Source: Octopus vulgaris
Taxonomy: Eukaryota
NCBI GenBank assembly: GCA_951406725.2
Contig: OX597831.1
Span: 67,828,001-67,892,000 of the forward strand
Direction: 5' to 3'
Length of the DNA: 64,000 nt
A program made the position numbers and the translations under genes. The notes beneath the pieces were generated by a model, which worked only from the letters and a program-made list of their open reading frames with translations, searched no databases and had not been told where the DNA came from. Shown here in pieces: positions 1-12,569 of the stretch. Each line of letters begins with the position of its first letter. Position 1 is the first letter of the stretch.

Positions 1-232
1 GTTTGTGACTGAAAACAGCAGGAGCATAGTACTTGCTACCAGTCAAACTAATTGATGTGAGACAGCTAAGTGTTTTTTTGTTTTTTTGGTAATGTAAATC
101 ATTTCAGTTTTGAAAATATATCATCCCAATTTTCAAGTGAGATGTTGATTCACATGTAGCAACTATAGATGGAAAACATTAAGCAACTTAACACAGCTCT
201 TTCTCTCTCTCTCTCTTTTCCTCTCTCTCCCT

Positions 233-263
<31 letters not shown>

Positions 264-899
264 TTACACTTTCCTGCTTCCCACTTGATATTTTCTAGCC
301 AGTGTACATATTGAGTTTGTGTGTGTATATTTGTATGTTGTACATTTATTTCCCTTCATAAATCTGAATTGGAGACCCTGTTGCACCAGCGTTTCAATTA
401 TAGAAGAAAAACTGATTTTCAAATACATACAAATAGTTCCAGAAAATATTTTAATGTATTTTAATGCTTTATATGAAAATTTTGGAACCAGATTAAGATT
501 AATATTATTTTGAATTCATTTCAAATCTTAATTTCTCAGAGGTAAATAGGGTGACTGAACTTTTAACTGTGTCAGAAAAAAAGTTGATTCACCAACTTTC
601 TAGTTGGATTAAAATTTTTTTAATGCTATTTCATCTGGGGATAAACTGCTGTAGATTTTATGTTTCGCTATTACATCTACTGAAAAGCACTCAAACATGC
701 AAGTATGATTATATGCATGCAATAGCTCACTCTCACACACATGCAAATGCAAAATACATCTGCATGTGCACACATGGGACATAACAAATGCAAATACATG
801 CATGCCCATGTGCACATGGTCACATGTCTGCAGCCCTATCCACTCATACGATCTCACATGCACAAATGCACATATGCAAAGGTAAGGACTCTTGAACAC

Positions 900-3800
900 T
901 ATTAGTCTTATAAATTCCAGTGATTATATTTAAATATATAAATAACTAGTCTACAACCCAGGTTGTAATATCTTCTAGTTCCTTTTAAGTGTTTGAATTT
1001 GATAATACTAGATTATATGGGATATTGACTTGATTGTATTTTGGGTGATATGAAAGTAAATATTGTTTTGAGTTTGTTCATTTATAACACATCTGTTTCA
1101 AACTAGTCTAAATCCATAGCTTATGTAAATTGTGTGTGCACAGCAAACAGTACAACTTATTTCTTATATGTCACTGAGATACCTACTAGCCTCGTGTCTT
1201 CCACCATCTTCCATTTTGTCCTTAATATTATCCAAACAACCTCACTTTGTAGTCTTCTTGTATCTTTTTTTACTGTAAGCTTGTCTTTGTATGATGTTAT
1301 TCTTGTGTAGTAGATTTAGTCTGTTGTCTAGTTTAGCACCATTATCTGGCCCTATGGTTGACTTAGCTGAGTTTATGCTGTTGCAAGCTTTCAAGCAGGT
1401 TTCTTGTCTGAGAATAGTTTTTTTTCTTTTCTTTTTGTGATTTTGTAGTCTTCTCAACAGCTTCTGTGTTAACACTTTCATTAGAATCTCTTTCTCTCTC
1501 TCTCACACTCACACACACACATACACGCGCATGCACACATGGGAAGATTTATACTGTAGCTTCAAAATACCATAATCCGTATTCAAAAATAGATTATCCT
1601 AATCAAATTATTTCGAAATAAAGATATCATATATTCAAAATACATTACTACTATAAAATTATTTTAAGATTAATTATTCTAAAGTACGTTTTCACATTTA
1701 AATTCTAGTTCCTTTTAAGGGTTTGGATTTGATAATACTAGATTGTATGGGATATTGACTTGATTGTATTTTGGGTGGTATGAAAGTAAATATTGTTTTG
1801 AGTTTGTTCATTTATAACACATCTATTTCAATCCTATTCTGCTTTTTTTATAACTAATATCTCTGAAAAGTACAATTTATCCTTGCTGTATTCCATAGTA
1901 TCCTGAAGGTTATGGTTAATGCCATTTGTGAGAATCTTAAGTTCAGTGAGTCTATCCAAACTGTCTTCGCATAGGATAAAGCAATCATCTAAGTACCTTT
2001 TCCAGTTTTCTATCAAGTAATTATGAGAATGCTTTACATATTTCTGCCTTAATTTTTCTTATATTTTTATCTTAAGATATCCCATTGCTAAATTTGCATA
2101 TGATGGGACTACCTTGCCATTCCAAATTTTTGTTTATATATTACATGGTTAAAATTTTAAAAAGTTGTTTTGTAGAAGACCTTCAATAATAAATTCTCTT
2201 TATATGTGATCTGTTGACTCATGAGGTCATTTATTAAGCCAGAAATGTATTACTTTTATTCCATATTCATAATAAACATTTGAATACAGGTTAACCACAT
2301 CAAAAGAAACTATTAATATTTCTTCATTCACTAAGTCGAAGGTGGTTTAACATATCCCAAGTTATATTTTAGTTGCTCTGTGTATGCTTCAAATATAGTT
2401 TCAGTAATGTGCCTCAGTAGGTTTCACACTATAGGTCCTACCACTATTCGTTATAATTTTAAATCATTTAAGTGAAGCACATTTAAACAAGAAACTGAGG
2501 ATTTCCTATGGTCATCATTTATAAAATTACTTTTATGGACTTTTAGCATTCCATATAAATTTCTTGTTTTACATTTTAAAAAGTAGTCTTTATCAGTTAA
2601 GCCGGTATTGAATGAATTGGCTTGGACATTAAGCTTTTGCATTATTTTCTACTGATTGCAGTTAATTTTTCATAACATTGTAAAGACTGTAATGGAGGAA
2701 AATATTCATTTGAACTTTTAGGGAAAAAAGGAAAAATAAATAAATTTTGTAAATGCTCAATGTACAGGTTACCAAAATGCCTTTTAGAATATTGAAATAA
2801 ACATTTGGTAGTTTAAAAAAAGGAAAAATAAGGGATCTTTTCGGTTTGAACGACAGTTTCTTCTAGCAGTGTCATATGAAATTGTCACCCATAATTATGA
2901 CCCTAGTATCAATCTATCACATTTCAATCAGCTTTAGGGTTAGGGTTAGTTAAGGTCAGGGTTAGGGTTAGGGGTGGGGGGAAGGGTATCTTTTTTCTTC
3001 ACAAATATAAATAAACCCAATCTGTTTCTTAAACGAGGGACATTTTCATATGGCACAGAATGTTTTTTTTACCTCAATACACGTCATTGATTGGTTGAAA
3101 TTGCAGAAATTGAAGAAAAACAAAACTACAACTATCTTACAAACTATAGAATTTTCTCAATAAAGCCAAGAGAAAAAGATGTTTTATAAACACATTCTAC
3201 CAGTATACGAAGTTTAAAATATTTTAGTTACCTAGAAATTATGTTAAAAACTGCCATTCAAACCGAAAAGATCCAGTGAAGGAAATCTAAAGTAGTCTGT
3301 GCCCATTACAACTATAGCACTTCCTTTATCAACTTCTTTTAGAATCAGTTTTGAATCAGTTTATTTACTTCTATTCCTGGCTAAATATTCATCATTGTTG
3401 TCTTTATGAAACAGCTCTTCTGTAAGCCTTAGTTTTCAGCAGGTTTGTAACATTATCTTTGATTTCATATAGATTCAAATTTTGTGGTGTTGGTGTAAAT
3501 TTAAGCCTGTTTGCAAGTGTGTTTATTTATTCTAATGTTAATATTTTATTGGACAAATTTAAAACTTGTTTTTTTTGTGTCTTAGCTGTTCCATCTGCTG
3601 TCTGTGTTCCTTTTGACAGGGTCTAACAAATGATTATGAACGTTTTGAAGTTTTGATTAGCTAGAGTTGTTCTTTTCATATATTCATGTAATAATCAACA
3701 GAATTATGTTACCTGTTATAAATATTTGCAAAGTTCTTTCTCTGTTTCTTTGTTGTTTCGAAATTCTCTCTCTCAGAATGATTTCCAAATTTGTTTCTTC

Positions 3801-3950
3801 TGTAATTGTTCTGTACTTGTCGCAAAAACAGATCTTGAGTTACCTGTTGTTCCCTACCTAGATTGGTTTCTGTTAAATTCACTCTCAAATAATTTTCTTT
3901 TAAAATTCAGTATTTGTGTTTTTGTTGAATATTTGGCCATTGTTTTGAAT
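900..3950 (-). pseudogene. Degraded Penelope-like element (PLE) reverse transcriptase relic
   Basis: Minus-strand fragments read RNLYGMLKVHKS (2451-2642), WKRYLDDCFI...TMEYSKDKLYFSEILVIK (1834-2016) and SKQYLLSYHPK...NIPYNL. These match PLE RT palm/thumb motifs. Many stops and frameshifts; interrupted by a MITE. Confidence 0.8.
2833..3274. mobile_element. Non-autonomous TIR element (MITE) with GGATCTTTT termini
   Basis: TIR GGATCTTTTCGGTTTGAACGACAGTT / AACTGCCATTCAAACCGAAAAGATCC; internal TTAGGG-like run; no clear TSD. Confidence 0.8.
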
Positions 3951-4383
3951 TTTTAATGCATCGTAAATTTTATATTATATGTGTGTATGCATGCATGTGG
4001 GTGTGTGCAAATTCTCACACACATATATGCATATATACATATGCATACATATATATACACATACATCATCATAATCATCACCATTTTCCTCATTTTTATG
4101 TCCGCTCTTCCATGCTGGTATGAGTCAAACAAAACTTATGGAGGCAGTTATTCTATGACCAATTGTTCTTCCTGTTGTCAATACTTTCTTGTTTCCAAGT
4201 AAGGTAATATTTCATCCTACGCCTTTGATTGCCAAACGACAGCTCAATGGTTAGACATGTTTTTGAGACAGATTGCAAACAATGATACCATTGCATAGAC
4301 TGTGGCATTGTTCTCACTCAGTAGGCAGTAAATGTCAATGAGAATGTTATAAAGAGAATGAGAAGCCATGAACACAAACAAAT

Positions 4384-4985
4384 TTGTACACACACACACA
4401 CACACACACATACACACACGCACACACACACACATTTACATATATATACTATACACGCACACACACATACACACGTACAAACACACACAAACTCACATAC
4501 ACACTGACAGATATACATACACAATATACACCTATCCGTGCATGCACACATACACATAAACACATACAAACGCACACATACACGCACACACATACACGTA
4601 CATACATACACACTCACACAAATGAACCCACACATACATCCCTACACACACACACGTACAAGCACACACACACATACACTAGGTTAAGCACAGTTACTCG
4701 CCACACACCCAAACTCTACGCATACACACACGAACACACACATGCACACACACACACTACAAACAATACACACACATGATACATATACTTACACGCACAC
4801 ACATATACCCCTTTGTTTTTTTACCTGGTTTTGACCTGGCTGGATACAAACAAGTGCCACTCCTTTATGACAGCTAGCTTGCCATGCCTATTATTCACCA
4901 TACATACACACACACACACACACACGCACGCACAAACACACTTGTCATCCTTGCACACACACACACACGCACCGACACACATTAC
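4384..4985. repeat. Degenerate (CA)n low-complexity tract
   Basis: About 600 bp of interrupted CA/TACA repeats. Confidence 0.9.
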
Positions 4986-5128
4986 TTGTCTTTGAAACTC
5001 TCTTGTTTTTAAAAATCATGATTTATCTACCTCTCAACTTCTGTTCTTTCAACATGTGATCTCTTGAGCACCACCAGCAAAAATATTTTTTCCTCTGTCT
5101 TCCCTTCTCGGGATCTTTCCTTCTCCTT

Positions 5129-5163
5129 GTTTCCGACGAAGAGCTCCACTCGAAACGTTAAAC
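5129..5163 (+). ncRNA. Putative minimal type-I hammerhead ribozyme (U4C core variant)
   Basis: GTTT-CCGACGA-A-GAG(CTCCA)CTC-GAA-ACGT-T-AAAC: stem I GTTT/AAAC, stem II GAG/CTC, palindromic stem III ACGT. Confidence 0.55.
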
Positions 5164-5279
5164 CCTCCTTCCCTTCTTTCCTGAGCGTCAAATAATACTT
5201 TAATTGTTCCACGTCCTCGCATTGCTGTGTTTTTTTCTGTGTTTTCTTGTTTGGATTAACTATATATATATATATATAT

Positions 5280-5337
<58 letters not shown>

Positions 5338-5999
5338 TTGTATCTCTGTTGTAAGGTTTCATTTCCACACATGCCAGCTGAATTCAGTTCGTCTCCAGTC
5401 GAAAGACACCTGTTGTTATGTCCTGTTATTATTATTTTTATTGTATTTATATTTGTGTAACATTGTTTTTCCGTCCTTGTTTTCGTATACATTCGATGCT
5501 TTCTTCCAAGGAATCTAATTCTCTTAGCTTAGTTTTTCCTTGGGGCTGGTCAGATTGGAGCAAATGAAGAGGTAAAAAATTTGTTGTGATATAAGAAAGT
5601 CCCACTTTGACTGTCTCTTCTTCAACTCCATCACTTGTACCTATGGAATTAGGGAATCACTATGTAATCACTTAGCCAGGTAGAAATAACAGTGAAATAC
5701 CTCTTAAATCATATTCTCTTATCTTGTGTAAGAACAAGACAGTTGAGATAGTGTAATGCGACATACCACTATGATAACAGAAAGTGGTAAACAGAATGCT
5801 TTGTGTTACAGATGTAATCAGTCAGTGTTGACAGTATCAACTAAAATAGAATCTTTATTACGATCATGACGATCTTATATAGAATGGGACAAAACAGGAC
5901 AAACAAAAGATAAAAATGTTATATGAGTTCAAATGAGTTACATATTAAAAATTTACTTAAATATTTTATACAACGATTAAATTTTCCTTTAACTAGAAT

Positions 6000-6275
6000 T
6001 CTTTTTTTTATAATAAAATGAAAACAAAGAAAGAAAAACGACCTAAAAATATTAAAAGATCGAACCCGGCAGCCTATAAGGCCCAGCAACGATCTTTTCC
6101 TTTCATCAATGATTAAGCTGGGTTACTAACACCCACTTTTCTCATCACATCCTTCCATCGTTTCTCGTATTCTCTCGGTGGCAGGGTCCTCCTCTCCAAC
6201 TCCATCTTGCTCTTCAGGTGGTATCTGAAGTAAGACAGCGAACCGGGGCCAGAGATGAAGGACCCTTTCACCGAA
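6000..6275 (-). mobile_element. Tx1/L1-like LINE 3' fragment
   Basis: Translation GSFISGPGSLSYFRYHLKSKMELERRTLPPREYEKRW aligns with the C-terminus of the LINE ORF at 14430-14804 (FLSGQSLINFFKYHLKRKVRVERQVLSSECFKKRW). Confidence 0.65.
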
Positions 6276-6931
6276 CATTTTACATTTGCTAACCAATCAA
6301 CTGACATTTTAAATTCAAGCCAGCAAAGAATTGTTACTGTTTGTATTATAGAATAATAAAATAAAGGCAGACTGAAACAGTAGAACAGAACGAAGGTATA
6401 AAACCATTGTTGAATGGTTTGCTTTAAATACACATAAGAGCTAACAAAATTTACCTCAAAGTGGAAATATATTTCTCATCCATATTCATGTTACTTTAAA
6501 AAATGTAAAACTTGAAGACATCATTAGATGATTTGTAAATTCAATTTCTTTTATTGAAAGTATTTTATTTCCATTCCCATTCTATTAGCAGTGTTTAAGG
6601 AAAATGATAAACTTATTAAAAACTCTATTGCTAAATTCAACACTCTTCTGCTAAAGTGTTGCCTCGTGCATATTTAAAATTGAATACAGCATGTATGTAT
6701 CAATTTCTTGCATTCCATCTGTCATGTAAAGACTGCAGAGTGTAAGTTCAAATCATTTGAGCACTACTATGTGTTTTCTATACTGAGCATTTCTAGACCT
6801 CACCTGGTGGCTCCATACACACACATACACACACACACACACATATATATGTATGTATTTATACACACACACAGACACACACACACACACATGTATATAT
6901 TTGCACATACACACACACATGCACACATATG

Positions 6932-6977
<46 letters not shown>

Positions 6978-7183
6978 TCATCATCATCATCGTCATTATC
7001 ATCATCATTTAACATCAGTTGTCTATGCTAGCATGGGTTGGACAGTTTGACAAGAGCTGGGGAGCTGGGGAGCTGCATCAGCTTTGGTCAATCTGTTTAA
7101 CTCACACCAGCATAGGCAATCGACATTAAATGATGATAATGATGATATACATGTAAGACATATATATATAATCTATCTGTCTA

Positions 7184-7247
<64 letters not shown>

Positions 7248-7366
7248 CCTACCTACCTGTCTGTCTGTCTGTCTGTCTGTCTATCTGCCTGCCTGCCTGC
7301 CTGCCTGTCCGTCTGTCTATCCATGTGTGTGTGTGTGTGTGTATATGTATTGTACATATATGTGTG

Positions 7367-7407
<41 letters not shown>

Positions 7408-7822
7408 CATACAAACTTGTTACTAGTTGAAATATGCTTGGGGCAAACTTGAACCTGTATGAAAGCCATTCATTGTATTTTGTCAAGGAGAAAATTCCTT
7501 GCTGTAGACAGACAGGTAGATGACTTAGTGTGTTTACACCTATTTGTCTATAGTGAAAAATTTTCTGCAATACAAAATACAGTGAATGGCTTTCAAGCAG
7601 GTTTGAATATGTGACAAACTTAATTTAATTGGTAGCAAGTTTGTATTTATTCACATCACTACTTAGCACTTCTACTATGTGTGCACATATATATATAATT
7701 GAGATTCAGTTGAATGGTTGAATGAGGTACTTAAGTTGAAGCACCAAATCAGTGCGGTATTATCCGTACAACTCAAAGTAAGGTGAATAAAATCAAAATA
7801 AGCAACAGGATATCAAGAAGTA

Positions 7823-7910
7823 ATGCAGTACGACCATTTCAATCGGTTCCATTTAATTGAACAATGTAATCATTACATCAATTTAAATGCAGAGCTATCC
7901 TCAGCTGCAT
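7823..7910 (-). ncRNA. Putative hammerhead ribozyme with long stem II (copy 1)
   Basis: Minus strand ATGCAG-CTGAGGA-[long stem II/loop]-GAAA-TGGTCG-TA-CTGCAT; perfect 6-bp stem I. Confidence 0.5.
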
Positions 7911-8691
7911 AAATAAATAAATAGAATTTTTAATCAGTTGGACACATTAATATAATTTGACTTAAATGTTCTAATAGAGCAAGAAGACAGAAAGCGTCCA
8001 TGTTGCTACTAATGTAGCTAAGTGTATACTACACTTCTAAGAAATGTATGAAGTTTGTTGGGGTCATATCTTGTAAAGGATTGTAGTTCATTTTTAATTT
8101 ATTAGTCTTTTTATCGACTACCAAATCTAAGGCTAGAGAACTGTGTCTGTTTAGAATGGAGGGCAGGAGTGAGTTGACAGCACATAACTTGGTATTGTCA
8201 TAATATTGTGACGATTAGTATAAAGCAACTGTCATTAAAGGAGGCTGGGTAGGGGAAGACCCCAAATCAAGATGTTAATTACAAGTTATAGGGGCAAGAC
8301 GCTAATAGAAGCTATGATATTAATACAGAGGAAACTATCATGGGGTACTAAGGAAGATTGTATATAAACAATAGTGTTATGTTGTATAAAGATAAAATTT
8401 AAGATTATTAAAAATGATATTATAACCAAAATAGATAAAATGTGTATATATACTAATTTTCAACATTAAAAAGGGAAGATTACATAGAATTTGTTTAATA
8501 TTCATTCATGTACATAATTATTTACTTATAAGGTGGTTTTTATAAAGACTCTTCTGCATATTTACTTATAGAATACTGGGACAATAAATCATGCTCTGTA
8601 TATATTGATTTTTGTCTTCTTGCTCTATTAGAGCATTTGAGTAAAATCATATTAATGTGTCCAACTGATTAAAAATTATATTTATTTATTT

Positions 8692-8779
8692 ATGTAGCTG
8701 AGGATAGCCCTGCATTTAAACTGATGTAATGATTGCATTGTTCAATTAAATAGGGCTGCTTGAAATAGCCGTACTGCAT
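8692..8779 (+). ncRNA. Putative hammerhead ribozyme with long stem II (copy 2)
   Basis: ATGTAG-CTGAGGA-TAGCCCT...AGGGCTG-CTT-GAAA-TAGCCG-TA-CTGCAT; canonical CUGANGA/GAAA core, GUA cleavage triplet. Confidence 0.55.
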
Positions 8780-8845
8780 CATCTCTTGATATCCTGTTGC
8801 TTATTTTGATTATATATATACACAAATATATACTTATATGTATGC

Positions 8846-8901
<56 letters not shown>

Positions 8902-8912
8902 GTGTGTGTGTG

Positions 8913-8995
<83 letters not shown>

Positions 8996-9060
8996 TATGT
9001 ATGTATATATACACACACATCTACAAATATATACATGTATATGTCTGGATATATATATAT

Positions 9061-9100
<40 letters not shown>

Positions 9101-9876
9101 GTATATGTATGTATATCAAATACAAATATAAATACACATCATCATCAATTTAACATCCGCCTTTTCCATGCTTGCAGACGGAATTCATTGAGGCAGATTT
9201 TTACAGCCAGATGCCCTTCCTGTCACCAACCCTCACCTGTTTCCAAGCAAGGTAATAATCCCCAAGTCTATCAAACCACGAGCCTTTTAATTACAAAGAT
9301 CGCACATATCAAAACCTGTGAAGGAGACTTGCAGTGAACAGCAAGCAAAGAAAACTATTTTCATTGACAGCAAGTTATCATCTAGACTCAAACCAACACA
9401 TGGATATGGAAATTACTATCTCAATATGAGCTCACCTGGACTCCTCTTGTAGCCACTCTCTATCCTGCAGGCTTTGTCCTTGATAAAGACTACAGAGTGT
9501 AAGCTCAAATATTTTGAGCACTACTATGTGTTTTCTATACTGAGCATTTCTAGATCTCACCTGGTGGCTCCATACACACATACACACACATATATGTATG
9601 TATTTATACACACACACACACAGACACACACACACGCACACACACACGATGGAGTCACACAAGTACACTCACACAAACACACATGTTGATATAAAGCCAC
9701 CTGCGTATTGTACTTAATGTAAATGCAAATTGAAAGGAAATTTACTGGAGTACTCATCCAGAGATAGCATTTTACGGATGTTTTGTGTTTAAAAACGCTG
9801 GTCTTGTCAAATCCATGTTCTTACAGCCTGTTACTTGTTTAAATGAGATTTGTTACCATTGATATTTAATAGATAA

Positions 9877-10266
9877 AGGGAGGCGCAATGGCCCAGTGGT
9901 TAGGGCAGCGGACTCGCGGTCATAGGATCACGGTTTCAATTCCCAGACCAGGCGTTGTGAGTGTTTATTGAGTGAAAACACCTAAAGCTCCACGAGGCTC
10001 CGGCAGGGGATGGTGGTGATCCCTGCTGTACTCTTTCACCACAACTTTCTCTCACTCTTACTTCCTGCTTCTATTGTACCTGTATTTCAAAGGGCCGGCC
10101 TTGTCACTCTCTGTGTCACGCTGAATATCCCTGAGAACTACGTTAAGGGTACACGTGTCTGTGGAGTGCTCAGCCACTTACACGTTAATTTCATGAGCAG
10201 GCTGTTCCGTTGATTCAGATCAACCGGAACCCTCGTCGTCGTAACTGATGGAGTGCTTCCTATTCC
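9877..10266 (+). mobile_element. tRNA-derived SINE, head family B
   Basis: A-box TGGCCCAGTGG, B-box-like GTTTCAATTCCC; 10-bp TSD TAATAGATAA (9867-9876 / 10267-10276). Confidence 0.85.
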
Positions 10267-10661
10267 TAATAGATAACGTATCTGTTATATGAGGCCAAAA
10301 TGTATCTGACATTTATACTAGCTGCTGCTGCAGATAGTTTTTCATCTACTGTTATATATTGTTTCTAGACACATCACGTCCATTAGAGATGTTATGTCTA
10401 GACCAATGGCTACTGTAAATTGACTTTTAACAATGTATTTACATTAAGTATAATACATAGAAGGTTATTACAATTTAATATTGCTTCTACTGCATATAAC
10501 AGATTTTTGTTCAGCTTGATGGCTATTTGCAATATCAGTGAATATTTTCTATATTTAAGAGTCAAAATTTCACTCTGCTCTTACTGTTGCTTTTCCAAAT
10601 AATGCATGCATTACCAATGCAGACCATCACTGGTCTTTCCAAATTCTTTTACATCCTACAT

Positions 10662-10700
<39 letters not shown>

Positions 10701-11894
10701 AACACACACACATGTATTTATTCATAGAAATAAAGAAAAGTCATCAAATTCCAATCACATGTATGTATTTCAATCTCCTTATCATGAGAATGAAATGAGG
10801 ACAAAATAGATCTGGTGCCAAATTTCAAATTATTCATGAGAATCAAGATATAGTTTTTCAAGTTGGAATGGTAGTGGAAGAATACAGGTAAAGAAAGTAA
10901 TTACAAAGTCATTTTTCTTCACAGGTCAGAAACATAACTTGAAAAAGATTCATTTGTTTTTCACACTATAGGTTGTGATCGCAGTTCCTTCCAGATTTCA
11001 AATCAAACTTTTTATTTTCTCTGGTCAAGACTTTTGCTCCTATGCACAAAGCAAGCAAAACAGTTGTATCAATCAAACTGATGCTTGATGAAAGAACGAA
11101 CCCCCGGCCTTTTATCAACTTAATTAGCAGTAGGTTCACTTATATAAAATGATGTTTCTGTCATGAGAGTGATGACCAAAAGAGTATGAAGATCTATATC
11201 TGGCTTACCTTAATAGATACACACCCACACACTGAATTATAATTATAATCAAGAACCAACAAGAAACACGTTGAAGAGAGAAATGAAGAAATATTCTGTA
11301 AACATTTGAATCATGGGAATGATTTTTATTAAATACAAAATAAATACAAAATTAAGTACAATTGTAAAACTGTACAATTCTATAACTGAATTTCAATTAT
11401 TATTGCTGTAATGTAAGTGAAAAGATTTTCTCTTGACTAAAATAAAATGGATGAACATCATTTAGGGACTATTTGAATTACATCGTCATTTAGAGCTATT
11501 TTTCAAAAATATTTTAAATCACAGTTTTAAAATATGGACATTCTGAACCTGAAATTTGTTCCTGTTTATAATTTCAAAATAATTTTCAGACAAAAAGGTG
11601 TGTGATTTAAAGGAGATTTAACTGGTGTTTATAACACATTCCGTGACCATTGGGTACCTTCCTTGTTTCTTTGTCATTCTGACATGTATTGATGTGTTTC
11701 AATATCTTTATCCCCATAAACACATTTCATGGAATGATGATGTGGGGATCCATTGCTGGGATATAAACAACAACAAAAATTTGTTATTTAAATCTTTAAC
11801 TCCACCCTACATCTAGCGAGTCTGTGTGTGTTACTGTCACAATGCAATTTGGTAAACAAATGCTAACGGTGTAGAAGCCCATCGTACTAATATG

Positions 11895-12295
11895 ATGCCA
11901 GTGCTGTCTAGACTGGCTTCCGTGCCGGTGGCACGTAAAAAGCACTATCCAAATCGTGGCCGATGCCAGCGCCGCCTTGACTGGCTTCCGTGCTGGTGGC
12001 ATGTAAAAAGCACCATCTGAATCATGGCCGATGCCAGTGTCGCCTTGGCTGGCTTCCGTGCCGGTGGCACATAAAATGCACCAATCCGATCGTGGCCGTT
12101 GCAGGTGGCACGTAAAAAGCACCCACTGCACTCACGGAGTGGTTGGCATTAGGAAGGGCATCCAGCTGTAGAAACACTGCCAGATCAGACTGGAGCCTGG
12201 TGCAGTCTCCTGGCTTCCCAGATCCCCGGTCGAACCGTCCAACCCATGCTAACATGGAAAACGGACGTTAAACAATGATGATGATGATGATGATG
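11895..12295 (+). mobile_element. RTE-associated 3' tail element with tandem ~68-bp hairpin units
   Basis: Repeated CGTGCCGGTGGCACGTAAAAAGCAC units, then GGAGTGGTTGGC..AGGAAGGGCATCCAGCTGTAG and a (GAT)n tail. The same tail follows the RTE relic at 21570-22035. Confidence 0.75.
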
Positions 12296-12569
12296 TATGT
12301 ATGTGTATGTGTGTGTGTGTGTGTGTGTGTGCACTAATGAGTGTTTCTAGGTTTATATTGGGTCAAAAATTAGTGTTGTGTTTATGTTTTGTCCATTTAT
12401 GTCTTGTAACTTAGAAGTTTGATAAATAAGATCGATAAAATAAGTACCTGTCTGAAATGAGCCTGCTTCAATACGATTGACTATATCTTTGAAGTCAGTG
12501 CCTCAGCATTCTCACAATTCCCTGACTGATACCAGACACATTGAACAGTAATAAATTTACAGTAACAAA

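Larger units (their letters stand above)
7791..8811. mobile_element. Fold-back PLE-type insertion with ~200-bp inverted arms
   Basis: 7791-7989 is the diverged reverse complement of 8613-8811; each arm holds a hammerhead-like motif; flanked by (TA)n. Confidence 0.65.

Noticed and set aside
2934-2982. Telomere
   Set aside because: Short, degenerate and internal to a MITE.
4244-9337. Many ORFs rich in YI/HT/CV dipeptides (also 32255-33765, 52020-52433, 61522-63377)
   Set aside because: They are translations of microsatellites.
11895-12125. CRISPR-like array of palindromic repeats
   Set aside because: The intervening sequences are homologous to each other rather than unique spacers, there are no cas genes, and the context is a eukaryotic retroelement tail.
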